Position numbers and translations under genes: made by a program. From Roseibacillus sp. (GTDB lineage: Bacteria; Verrucomicrobiota; Verrucomicrobiia; Verrucomicrobiales; Akkermansiaceae), in assembly GCA_051251855.1 (NCBI GenBank), contig JBPOGI010000001.1:1088001-1152000 (forward strand): a DNA stretch of 64,000 bases, read 5' to 3'. Numbering within the stretch: the first letter of the stretch is position 1; every line of letters starts with the position of its first letter. Under the pieces are notes generated by a model, which saw nothing but the letters and a program-made list of their open reading frames with translations, searched no databases and was not told the origin of the DNA. Positions 47,195 through 56,847 of this stretch are shown here, piece by piece.

Positions 47195-48655
47195 ATGAAA
47201 CGACGTAAATTTCTTGGAGAGTCCGCCTGCGCCGCCTTGGGTTCGACTTCCATCATGTCTACCCTGCTCAACCTCAAGATGGCAGGACAGGCCGCCGCGG
47301 CGGGACTGCCCGCTGGAGGCACTGACAGAAAGACCCTCGTCTGTATCTTCCTTCACGGTGGCATCGACTCCTTTAACGTCTTGGTTCCTCGCGATGCCGC
47401 CCGTTACGCTGACTATGCAGCCTCGCGCACCAACCTCGCCTTGGACGACACCTCTCTCCTGACCCTTAATCAGTCTGGCGGCGACGGCCAACTCTACGGC
47501 CTTCACCCAGGCACGGGCGGAATTCAGGATCTCTTCAATGGTATCGGAGGCGACACCACCAAACGGCGACTTTCATTCGTATCCAATGTCGGAACCCTCA
47601 TTGAGCCCACTTCGATGACTGCTTATGAGAACGATACCGCCTCCCTGCCAGTCGCTCTCTTCTCACACATCGACCAGATCGAACAGTGGCAGACCTCTCT
47701 TCCCCAGGGCGGCAACAACCTTACAGGCTGGGCCGGACGTGCTGCCGACGTGCTCCATTGCACTCACAATCAAGACCAAGCCTCGATGTCGCTTTCCTTC
47801 TCGGGGAACAACATTTTTCAAGTCGGTCAGACCACTCAGCAATTCGTGATGACTCCCGAGGGCGCCCTTTCCTTCTCACAAGATGGAACCGACCCCACCA
47901 ACGCCACCGTGCAAAAGAACATTGCGGTCAAGTCTCTCGTCGACCAGCACTATACCAACTTGATGGAAACTGCTTTTGCTGAGCTCACCAAACAAGCTCT
48001 CGACCAACAGGAGTTCATCCAAGAGAAGTTCGATTCCCTCGCAGAGGATTACCTCACCACCACCTTTCCTAACAACTACCTCGCCCAGCAAATGCAAGGA
48101 GCCTTGCGCACTATTCATCTTCGCGAGCAGTTGGGATTACGCCGCCAAACCATCTTCCTCTCCTTCGGCGGCTGGGACCATCACGGCGAACTGTTAGACA
48201 CCCAAGATGGGATGCTACGTCAACTTTCCCCCGCCCTCGAAGCCTTCCAAGCAGGCCTTGAAGAACTCGGACTCGAAGATTCCGTCATCACCTTCACCGC
48301 CTCGGACTTCGGCAGAACTCTTCGCTCTAACGGTCGCGGCACCGACCATGCTTGGGGCGGAAACCAACTCGTCATGGGTGGCCCTATCGCCGGCGGCCAA
48401 GTCACGGGCACCTACCCCAACCTTGCCATCGATGGTCCTGACGACATCGGACGTGGCGGACGCCTGCTCCCCACCACTTCCGTTGACGAATTTTTCGCGG
48501 AACTACTGCTGTGGTTCGGCCTCTCCCCAGACGACTTTTCCGCAGTGCTCCCCAACCTCAGCAATTTTTACGATCCCAGCACCGCAGACCCCAGCGACCC
48601 GAGCACCTTCCCCATCGGTTTCCTCAAAGCCAATCAGTTCGACGCCTCTACCTAG
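47195..48655 (+). CDS. Tat-exported DUF1501 family protein (copy 1)
   Basis: MKRRKFLG Tat motif, LVCIFLHGG.DSFN, LFSH.DQ, GGWDHH, SDFGRTL.SNG.GTDHAWG. Confidence 0.9.
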   Translation: MKRRKFLGESACAALGSTSIMSTLLNLKMAGQAAAAGLPAGGTDRKTLVCIFLHGGIDSFNVLVPRDAARYADYAASRTNLALDDTSLLTLNQSGGDGQLYGLHPGTGGIQDLFNGIGGDTTKRRLSFVSNVGTLIEPTSMTAYENDTASLPVALFSHIDQIEQWQTSLPQGGNNLTGWAGRAADVLHCTHNQDQASMSLSFSGNNIFQVGQTTQQFVMTPEGALSFSQDGTDPTNATVQKNIAVKSLVDQHYTNLMETAFAELTKQALDQQEFIQEKFDSLAEDYLTTTFPNNYLAQQMQGALRTIHLREQLGLRRQTIFLSFGGWDHHGELLDTQDGMLRQLSPALEAFQAGLEELGLEDSVITFTASDFGRTLRSNGRGTDHAWGGNQLVMGGPIAGGQVTGTYPNLAIDGPDDIGRGGRLLPTTSVDEFFAELLLWFGLSPDDFSAVLPNLSNFYDPSTADPSDPSTFPIGFLKANQFDAST

Positions 48656-48748
48656 CACAGCAATACCGTTCTCCTATTGCATGTGCTTTCTCATTTGCCT
48701 TCTCGATTCCAAATCCAGGTTCAAGAAGGCTAGTCAAACGGGGTCGCA

Positions 48749-48777
48749 TTGACTTTTAACCTCATTCTGTATAGCTT
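48749..48777 (+). promoter_or_regulatory. Sigma70-type promoter of DUF1800 copy 2
   Basis: TTGACT-N17-TAGCTT, conserved with copy 1. Confidence 0.6.
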
Positions 48778-48847
48778 TATGAGGTTTAAATAGTTTATCC
48801 CCATGGGTCTGTTCTCCCATAGGGTTCAAATTCGGCCCTTTTCAAAA

Positions 48848-51800
48848 ATGAAGCACACCCTTTTCACTCTCGTTTTTGCTGGCTTCTCCCTTGCTCACGC
48901 CAACATCGAGACTCTCTTTCTTATTGGGGAAAAGGACGGGGACCACAGCCCTTTTGGACAGGAAACTCCGGATACTGAACCCGCCCCCGGGTCCCCCACC
49001 GAACTTGATGACCATTACTATGTCTCCAGCGGAGAGCCAGCCAGCAATTTTGAACGTTCGCTAACCACTTGGGATCCTTCGAACACAGTTCACTTTGAGC
49101 TCACGACCGCCCAGGCCAATCCTGACGGGCTTCTTTATTTTGACATTGGCTTTATCTGGTCAGGAAATTTGCAAGATGAAACCTCTGCAAACACCATCTC
49201 TTGCCGCCTCAATGGGGTTGAATTCTTACTCACTCCCTCATTTGTATCCTATCAAGATTTCAGCGCAGAAGTAAGTTCACTCGTGGGACTGCTTCAAACG
49301 GGAGCCAACACCCTCGAAATCGTTCGAACAGGAGGAACGAGCGACACCTGGTTGGGTATCGATTATCTGCAACTGACGGTCGATCCTACCGCCAATGAAG
49401 ATGCGGACGAAGACGGACTTCCGCTGCGATGGGAAGTTCTTTACCAATTGTCCGACGACGATTCTTCCGACGCCGGAATCAGCTCGGACGACGACCTGCT
49501 CACCAACCTGCAAGAATTCCAAGCGGGAACCAATCCACGCTCTGCGGATACCGACCATGATGCCCTCCCTGACCACTTGGAAACAGCCACCGACCCACTC
49601 AACCCTGATAGTGACGATGATGGCCTGCGCGACGGAGAAGAAACGACCTCCAACCCAGCCCTTGCCGATACGGACAACGATGGGGCCCCCGACGCTTGGG
49701 AAATCCGAACAGGCTTCGACCCTGCCAGCAACACCTCGACCCCACCCGTATTTTCGGGAGCCATCGGTATCAACTTTCGTTCCGAGGCATCGAGCGAGCA
49801 TGGACTTTGGAGCGACCTCGCGCCCAATGGTTTTGTTCCGCAGATTCATTGGAATCAAACTGAACTGCTTCGCGCTTGGGGAGTCTCCGATAGCGAACCC
49901 CTTCTCAATGGAGACACCAACGCCATTGCCTCGCCCAGCGAAAATTCACTCGTTAACGCTGCTGGCGCGACCATCGCAACGACCATCAACTTCGTTCACG
50001 ATGGCTGCCGCTCCAATCACAACAAAGGCAGCCGAGCCGCCGAACTACTCCAGGGAGGGCTCAGCACCGACACCAATCAAAGCCCCCGCGTAACTCTGTC
50101 AGGAATCCCTTTCACCAACTACGACCTCTATCTCTATGTCTCGTCCGCCCACCTAGGTCCTACTGGCACCGCTCGCTTGAACAATGATCCCGCTACCGAC
50201 ATTACGGTGCGCCCCATCAGCTCGGCACCGACGCAAAGCTTCATTACAAGCCATCAATCGGCCAGTCCCAATGTTCCCCTCTTTAACACTATTCGCTTCT
50301 CTGGACTGAGCGGAAGCTCTCAGATAGTAGGACTCTTCGAAGTAGATCAGAATATCGGAATCGCCGCTATTCAAGTCGTGGACATTGATGCTGATAGCGA
50401 TGGCGACTCTGTACCCGACTACTGGGAATTCCAACATGGAACCGATGCTAACACCTCCAACGCCAACTCCGATCCTGATGGAGACGGCCTGAACAACGTG
50501 GATGAATTCGCTCGCGGAACCGATCCCAACAACCCCGACAGCGACCACGACGGTCTTTCTGATTTCGTCGAGACAAACACCGGGACTTACCTTAATAGCA
50601 ACGACACCGGCAGTAATCCTCTTTATGGCGATAGTGATGGCGATGGGCTTTCCGATTCAGCAGAGCTCGCCCACGCATTCCCATCCAACCCCAACGAGAT
50701 CGACTCGGACTCCGACGGCAAAAATGACGACGTCGAGTTGGCTGAGGGCTCGAATCCAAACAACGCTCTCAACCAAGTCATACCTGTCCCTACCTTTCCT
50801 GCTCCCAACCGTCTTACTTGGACAGTCGACAATCTACAGCTCGTCAGAAATCATGAAACTCCGCTGACTTCTACTGACAATAATCAGCAGCTCGTTTTTT
50901 CTCTCGGCGTTATCAACGCAGCTCAACCAGCGTGGACCAACCTCGACTTCCGACTCGTCATGGCCAATGGAAAATTGGGCGAATACACCGTGGCTCAAGG
51001 AGACGGAGGCTTCCGTCATGTCGATGGCTGGGACCTATGGTATGGGGACTTGAACACCGATCTGACCGCAGCGTTTGGATTCTCAGGGAGCGGCACCTTT
51101 GACGCGTCAGACCCTTTTAGTTTCCATTTTACTGCTGAAAAGAATCCCGACCCCAACTCCAACTGGAGCCTCTCATACGTGGTCACTAACGAGGCTACCA
51201 ACACCATCATTCTATCCCGAACCATTGAGAACACGGTGGCCTCAACCACGATTGCAAACCAGACCGCAACTTGGCGCAATCAATCCGGAATCGCCAATCG
51301 TTGCAGTGTTTCCACTGGCCAAGGAATCACACTCTACCATCAAGAAGCTTCCTTGGAGACCATTCCAGCCTTCACCCTCCATCGCGATTCGGATGACGAC
51401 GGAATTCCTGACTGGTGGGAAAACCTCCACAGCCTCAACCCGAACAACTCCAATGACGCAATTTTTGATAGTGATAACGACCAGCTCAATAACTTAGCAG
51501 AATATCGTGCGGGCACCTTTCCTGACTCTGCCGATTCAGATAACGACGGCGTCAACGATGGTGAAGAATCCTATCATTTCACTCATCCTTCAGCACCAAA
51601 CTCAGAGCCTGCTTACTTTAAAACAGGCCTCGCCTTCAATGCCGACCGCAACGGCAACAACCTCCCCGACATTTGGGAGGCCGCCTTCCGCACTTCTGGC
51701 CTATCAGCCTCTGGTGACGACGATGGTGACGGGTCTCTCAACTCAGAAGAAGCCCTTGCGGGCACCGATCCTCTCGATGCCACCTCGAAGCCCAGCCTCG

Positions 51801-53797
51801 AATTCAGGGACTCCTCCTCCGAACCACCCGCAGTCTTCTGGCCTACCATCCCGGGAAAAGAACAGACACTCCTAAGCTCTTCCTCGCTGGTTCTTCCCTT
51901 CGAACCCGAACTCACCTCAGCCTCCTATTTTGAGGGAGGTAATACGGTTCAAGAAGTCTCCACCGCTGCTATCCGCCGATTTTTCAGAGTAACCACCACA
52001 GACCAAAATTCTGACAGCGACCCTCTCAACGACTGGAGCGAACTGGCCCTTGGTTCATCACCCGTCTCAGCCAACTCCACCGCGCGCCCTGGCCGCTACG
52101 ATAGCAATGGTGACGGCGAGGGAGAAAGCGAGATTGCGGGAGACCTACTAACTTGGCAAAAGACTTTCGCGAATCAGGAGCAGCTGTCCACTGGCGGCAC
52201 AGTTTCCACTCCCACCTCTTACGATGCGGCCCGCCTTCTGATGCAAGGCAGCTTTGGTCCCACTATAGCTTCGATTGAAGAAGTGCGTTCGATGGGATTA
52301 GAGGCTTGGATCGATGATCAGATCATGGGCCAGCCCCCGACTCACCATCGCGATTATGTTGATGAAATCTCGCAAGATTTCCATGGTCCGCGCACCGACC
52401 TCACTTATTCCTACAATGTCGGGAGCGACTTCATCGACGGCAACAACGTCCAAACGGCCTTCGCCCGAGCCGCCATTTCAGGCCCCGATCAACTTCGTCA
52501 ACGGGTCGCTTTCGCCCTTTCTCAAATCCTCGTAATTTCACGTCGCGACGCGAACCTTGCTCACAACATCTACGCACTCTCGACCTACTACGACCTCCTC
52601 GTTGAGCACGCCTTCGGCGACTATGAGGAACTCCTTCTGGAGGTCACCCTCAATCCCGCGATGGGCCGCTACCTTTCCCATCTCGGCAACCAACCTGCAG
52701 ACCCATCCATCAATCGCTATCCCGACGAAAACTACGCTCGCGAGGTCATGCAACTATTTTCCATTGGTCTTTGGGAACTCCAACCAAACGGTGAACGCAA
52801 GACCGACGCCAATGGCGACTTTATCCCAACCTACGGGAACGCTGAAGTCACTGAACTCGCCCGCGTGATGACTGGTCTCTGGTATGGCGACCAAAGTTAT
52901 GGCTACGGAGGCTGGCAGGATACGCACTATGCGATTCCAATGAACCTCTTTCCAGATCATCACGACTTTGGAAGCAAGACTTTGCTCAACGGCTTCACCA
53001 TTCCAGCTCGCCCACCCAGTGAGGAGAACGGCCTTTTGGATATTCAAGACGCCATTGAACATCTCGTGCAGCATGAAAACTGTGCCCCCTTCATCTGCAA
53101 AAGCCTGATTCAATTCCTCGTCACTTCCAACCCGTCTCCTGAATACGTCGCGCGAGTCTCAGCCGTCTTTGCCGACGACGGAACAGGCCAAAGGGGCAAT
53201 CTCGGAGCGGTCGTCAAAGCTCTTCTCCTTGACCCCGAGGCCCGCGATCCTGTGGTGGCCAATTCTGCGACCTTCGGTCTTCTTCGCGAGCCCGTCATTC
53301 GCACCATGCATTTGGCACGCCTCACTCAGCTGAATCGTGATCAAGACCTCGTCTGGTGGGACTATAACAATTACAACGACGCGGCCTTCCAAGCCCCCCT
53401 CTTCTCGCCCTCAGTTTTCAACTTCTATCGCCCCGACTATCAGCCGCCTCAGACCCTGACCGACAATGGACTCTTGGCCCCCGCTTTCGAAATTACGAAT
53501 TCCTACAGTGCCGTCTCTTTTCCCAATCATCTTTGGCAAACAATCGACGATGGCTTCTCTCACTACGAATTTTATCACGTCCCGCCCGACTACTCACTTC
53601 TCCGTCCCTATGCTGACGACTCAGAAGCACTCCTCGACTACGTGAACCTAGTGATCTGTTCAGGTCATATGACAGCCAAGACTCGAGACCTTATCCGAAC
53701 AGGGCTCAATCAACTCGATGCTTCCGACCATTCCGGTCGCATGAAGCTCGCTCTTTACTCCGCCTTGATGAGTCCACAAGGAGCCATCCAACGTTAA
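48848..53797 (+). CDS. Giant secreted DUF1800 family protein (copy 2)
   Basis: Same architecture and motifs as 42221..47173; start moved to ATG 48848. Confidence 0.88.
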   Translation: MKHTLFTLVFAGFSLAHANIETLFLIGEKDGDHSPFGQETPDTEPAPGSPTELDDHYYVSSGEPASNFERSLTTWDPSNTVHFELTTAQANPDGLLYFDIGFIWSGNLQDETSANTISCRLNGVEFLLTPSFVSYQDFSAEVSSLVGLLQTGANTLEIVRTGGTSDTWLGIDYLQLTVDPTANEDADEDGLPLRWEVLYQLSDDDSSDAGISSDDDLLTNLQEFQAGTNPRSADTDHDALPDHLETATDPLNPDSDDDGLRDGEETTSNPALADTDNDGAPDAWEIRTGFDPASNTSTPPVFSGAIGINFRSEASSEHGLWSDLAPNGFVPQIHWNQTELLRAWGVSDSEPLLNGDTNAIASPSENSLVNAAGATIATTINFVHDGCRSNHNKGSRAAELLQGGLSTDTNQSPRVTLSGIPFTNYDLYLYVSSAHLGPTGTARLNNDPATDITVRPISSAPTQSFITSHQSASPNVPLFNTIRFSGLSGSSQIVGLFEVDQNIGIAAIQVVDIDADSDGDSVPDYWEFQHGTDANTSNANSDPDGDGLNNVDEFARGTDPNNPDSDHDGLSDFVETNTGTYLNSNDTGSNPLYGDSDGDGLSDSAELAHAFPSNPNEIDSDSDGKNDDVELAEGSNPNNALNQVIPVPTFPAPNRLTWTVDNLQLVRNHETPLTSTDNNQQLVFSLGVINAAQPAWTNLDFRLVMANGKLGEYTVAQGDGGFRHVDGWDLWYGDLNTDLTAAFGFSGSGTFDASDPFSFHFTAEKNPDPNSNWSLSYVVTNEATNTIILSRTIENTVASTTIANQTATWRNQSGIANRCSVSTGQGITLYHQEASLETIPAFTLHRDSDDDGIPDWWENLHSLNPNNSNDAIFDSDNDQLNNLAEYRAGTFPDSADSDNDGVNDGEESYHFTHPSAPNSEPAYFKTGLAFNADRNGNNLPDIWEAAFRTSGLSASGDDDGDGSLNSEEALAGTDPLDATSKPSLEFRDSSSEPPAVFWPTIPGKEQTLLSSSSLVLPFEPELTSASYFEGGNTVQEVSTAAIRRFFRVTTTDQNSDSDPLNDWSELALGSSPVSANSTARPGRYDSNGDGEGESEIAGDLLTWQKTFANQEQLSTGGTVSTPTSYDAARLLMQGSFGPTIASIEEVRSMGLEAWIDDQIMGQPPTHHRDYVDEISQDFHGPRTDLTYSYNVGSDFIDGNNVQTAFARAAISGPDQLRQRVAFALSQILVISRRDANLAHNIYALSTYYDLLVEHAFGDYEELLLEVTLNPAMGRYLSHLGNQPADPSINRYPDENYAREVMQLFSIGLWELQPNGERKTDANGDFIPTYGNAEVTELARVMTGLWYGDQSYGYGGWQDTHYAIPMNLFPDHHDFGSKTLLNGFTIPARPPSEENGLLDIQDAIEHLVQHENCAPFICKSLIQFLVTSNPSPEYVARVSAVFADDGTGQRGNLGAVVKALLLDPEARDPVVANSATFGLLREPVIRTMHLARLTQLNRDQDLVWWDYNNYNDAAFQAPLFSPSVFNFYRPDYQPPQTLTDNGLLAPAFEITNSYSAVSFPNHLWQTIDDGFSHYEFYHVPPDYSLLRPYADDSEALLDYVNLVICSGHMTAKTRDLIRTGLNQLDASDHSGRMKLALYSALMSPQGAIQR

Positions 53798-53809
53798 CTG
53801 ACCCATTTC

Positions 53810-55270
53810 ATGAACCGTCGTAAATTTTTCGGAGAGTCCGCCTGTGCCGCCTTGGGCTCGACTTCCATCATGTCCACCTTGCTCAATCTTAAGATGGCCG
53901 GACAAGCCGCTGCAGCAGGCCTGCCCTCAGGAGGAGATGATTGTAAAACTCTCGTCTGCATCTTCCTGCACGGAGGCATTGATTCCTTCAATGTCTTGGT
54001 TCCTCGTGATGCGACTCGCTATGCCGAATACGCGGCTTCGCGCACCAATCTCGCGCTAGACGACACCGCTCTCTTGACCTTGAACCAAGCAGGAGGAGAC
54101 GGACAGCTTTACGGACTCCACCCTGGCACGACTGGCCTTCAAGAACTCTTCAACGGTATCGGAGGAGACCCCACCAAGCGGCGTCTTTCCTTCGTTTCCA
54201 ATGTCGGAACCCTAGTGGAACCCACTTCGATGACGGCTTACCAAAACGACTCCGTTTCCCTACCGATTGCGCTCTTTTCTCACATCGACCAAATTGAACA
54301 GTGGCAAACCTCTCTTCCTCAAGGCGGCAATAATCTCACCGGCTGGGCGGGGCGTGCGGCCGATGTCCTACACAGCACCCTCAATCAGGACCAAGCTTCG
54401 ATGTCGCTGTCATTCGCGGGAAACAACATCTTCCAAGTGGGCAACACCACCCAACAGTTCGTAATGACGCCGCAGGGTGCCCTCTCCTTTTCTCAACAAG
54501 GAACGGACCTCAACAACGTCACCGTACAGAAGAACATCGTGGTCAAATCCATGGTAGACCAGCACTACACCAACCTGATGGAAACTGCCTTTGCTGAACT
54601 CACCAAGCAATCCGTCGACCAGCAGGAGTTCGTCCAAGAGCAGTTTGATTCTGTTTCTCCGGACTACATTAACACCGGCTTTCCTGACAACCCCATCGCC
54701 CAACAATTGCAAGGTGCCCTGCGCATGATTCACCTTCGCGAAGAACTGGGGCTTCGTCGCCAAACAATCTTCTTGTCCTTCGGAGGCTGGGATCATCACG
54801 GTGAACTGTTAGAATCCCAAGACGGGCTACTTCGTCAACTCTCCCCCGCGCTAGAGGCCTTCCAAGCAGCTCTGGAGGAGCTCGAACTTGAAGACTCGGT
54901 CATCACCTTCACCGCTTCGGACTTCGGTCGAACTCTGCGTTCCAACGGACGAGGCACCGACCATGCTTGGGGAGGGAACCAACTCGTCATGGGAGGCCCC
55001 GTGGCAGGAGGCCAAGTCACCGGCGACTACCCTAGCCTCGCCCTCGATGGTCCTAACGATGTCGGTCGCGGCGGACGTCTTCTTCCCACCACTTCCGTTG
55101 ACGAGTTTTTTGGAGAGCTTCTTCTTTGGTTTGGTCTTTCGCCTGATGACTTTTCAGCAGTGCTTCCCAATCTCAGCAACTTCTACGATCCCGGAACAGC
55201 AGACCCCAGCGATCCGAGCACTTTTCCCATCGGATTTCTTAAGGCCGACCAGTTCCAGAACCCAACCTAG
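53810..55270 (+). CDS. Tat-exported DUF1501 family protein (copy 2)
   Basis: MNRRKFFG Tat motif; highly similar to 47195..48655. Confidence 0.9.
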   Translation: MNRRKFFGESACAALGSTSIMSTLLNLKMAGQAAAAGLPSGGDDCKTLVCIFLHGGIDSFNVLVPRDATRYAEYAASRTNLALDDTALLTLNQAGGDGQLYGLHPGTTGLQELFNGIGGDPTKRRLSFVSNVGTLVEPTSMTAYQNDSVSLPIALFSHIDQIEQWQTSLPQGGNNLTGWAGRAADVLHSTLNQDQASMSLSFAGNNIFQVGNTTQQFVMTPQGALSFSQQGTDLNNVTVQKNIVVKSMVDQHYTNLMETAFAELTKQSVDQQEFVQEQFDSVSPDYINTGFPDNPIAQQLQGALRMIHLREELGLRRQTIFLSFGGWDHHGELLESQDGLLRQLSPALEAFQAALEELELEDSVITFTASDFGRTLRSNGRGTDHAWGGNQLVMGGPVAGGQVTGDYPSLALDGPNDVGRGGRLLPTTSVDEFFGELLLWFGLSPDDFSAVLPNLSNFYDPGTADPSDPSTFPIGFLKADQFQNPT

Positions 55271-55281
55271 CTGAAGCAACG

Positions 55282-55812
55282 ATGCAAAGTTCCGCTCGCC
55301 GCCTTATATTCTCTCTGGGAATCGCCACTCTTTTGATTGGATTGATACTCCACTACACCCGCCAGGAATCGCCCCAAGAGGAGAAGCCCCCACTGAAACC
55401 GGGACCGCCTCAAGTATCCCAGCCGCCCGCGTTGGAGGAAAAGCCGCCCACTACCTTTTCACAGCCTTTGCTTGGTGACCAACTTCTCTCTCAATACCGA
55501 AAACCGACTGGCAGCTTGGCCAGCGACATGGAACTTTTCGAACGTTATCTCAGCAACGTCTTCATTCTCGCCAAGCAACGGGACCCTCGTCACTACGCCA
55601 CCAACGAAGATCTCGTTCTCTTTCTTACCGGTCAAAAGGGCAATCTCACGCCCTACCTGTCTCCTGATTCCTCGATCTTGAACGAAAAAGGCCAACTCGT
55701 TGACCGCTTCGATAGCCCGCTCATCATCCATCCCTTCTCACGAGACCAAATCGAGATCCGATCCGCAGGGCCAGACCGTGTTCCCTACACCGAAGACGAT
55801 GTCGTTCCCTAA
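55282..55812 (+). CDS. Membrane-anchored protein with a GspG/pseudopilin-like C-terminal motif
   Basis: TM helix, Pro-rich linker, LVDRFDSP...IRSAGPD....EDD, resembling the T2SS-G D.WG.P...SxGPDG...DD motif. Confidence 0.6.
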   Translation: MQSSARRLIFSLGIATLLIGLILHYTRQESPQEEKPPLKPGPPQVSQPPALEEKPPTTFSQPLLGDQLLSQYRKPTGSLASDMELFERYLSNVFILAKQRDPRHYATNEDLVLFLTGQKGNLTPYLSPDSSILNEKGQLVDRFDSPLIIHPFSRDQIEIRSAGPDRVPYTEDDVVP

Positions 55813-55884
55813 TTCATTCGATCCCATTCGGCAGCAAGACCGAAAGCTTGCCTTCACCGAGCCATCAGTTCACCTTTTCTCCAG

Positions 55885-56820
55885 ATGATTCAGGTCGAGA
55901 ACCTCACCAAAAGCTACGGACGCCACACCGCCGTCGACTCCATTTCCTTCGAAGTGAAGACCGGAGACGTGGTTGGCTTCCTTGGACCCAATGGTGCGGG
56001 AAAGACATCCACTATTCGCGTTCTCACCGGATACCATCCCCCAACCTCAGGAGCCGCCAGCGTGGCAGGCTTCGATATTTTCCGCCAATCCATCGAGGCC
56101 CGCCGTCAAATCGGCTACATGCCCGAGAACGTTCCCCTTTACCGCGAAATGCGGGTCCGCGAATTCCTCAAGCATCGTGGAATTCTCAAGGGACTGCGAG
56201 GTAAAGAGCTTGGCAAACGCCTCGACACCGTAGTTGAAGAATGCGGTCTCGGCGATGTGCGCCGCAAGATGATCAAAACCCTCTCCAAAGGATACCGTCA
56301 ACGCGTGGGATTAGCTGACGCCCTAGTGCACGACCCACCACTTCTTGTTCTCGACGAGCCCACCAACGGCCTCGATCCCAATCAAATTCGAGCTATCCGC
56401 AACCTCATCAAGAACCTCGCAGCGGACCGAACCATCTTCCTCTCCTCGCATATTCTCTCTGAAGTCGAGATGATCTGCAAAAAAGTCATCATCCTCGAAG
56501 GAGGCCACATCCGAGCCAACGACACACCGGCCAACCTCGTGAAAGACATGCGCTCCGCTGGAAATATTTCGCTCGAAATCCAAGCACCCAAGGACGCCCT
56601 TGTTGAAGCTGTTGAAGCATTGCCTCACATCAAGAAAGTCACTGTCAACAAGTCTACTAAAGACAGCTGGCAGAACCTCACCATTCTCGTCGATTCGAAC
56701 ACCGAGACCCGCCCTCGCCTCTCTAAGCTCGCCGAAGAAAAGAAGTGGCCCTTGCGAACTCTACATCGCCATGTCGGAACTCTAGAAGACGTCTTCGTTG
56801 AGCTCACTCGCAAGAACTGA
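55885..56820 (+). CDS. ABC-2 type transporter ATP-binding protein (GldA/CcmA-like)
   Basis: GPNGAGKT, LSKGYRQR, LDEPT.GLDP, SSHILSEV, LEDVF. Confidence 0.92.
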   Translation: MIQVENLTKSYGRHTAVDSISFEVKTGDVVGFLGPNGAGKTSTIRVLTGYHPPTSGAASVAGFDIFRQSIEARRQIGYMPENVPLYREMRVREFLKHRGILKGLRGKELGKRLDTVVEECGLGDVRRKMIKTLSKGYRQRVGLADALVHDPPLLVLDEPTNGLDPNQIRAIRNLIKNLAADRTIFLSSHILSEVEMICKKVIILEGGHIRANDTPANLVKDMRSAGNISLEIQAPKDALVEAVEALPHIKKVTVNKSTKDSWQNLTILVDSNTETRPRLSKLAEEKKWPLRTLHRHVGTLEDVFVELTRKN

Positions 56821-56847
56821 GACTCCCACTCCGTAACGGAGCTACCA

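Larger units (their letters stand above)
42106..55270 (+). repeat. Diverged tandem duplication (~6.6 kb unit: promoter + DUF1800 gene + DUF1501 gene)
   Basis: The protein pairs are colinear end to end (both DUF1501 are 486 aa), and the upstream DNA is homologous (GTCGCATTGACT...CTGTTCTCCC...TTCAAAAATG). Unit 1 is about 42106-48655, unit 2 about 48743-55270. Confidence 0.92.

Noticed and set aside
42760..52030. Short recurring DNA motifs (GACxxxGACGG) as a CRISPR array or DGR repeats
   Set aside because: They encode in-frame DxDxDG protein repeats with irregular spacing. There are no cas genes or reverse transcriptase in the window.
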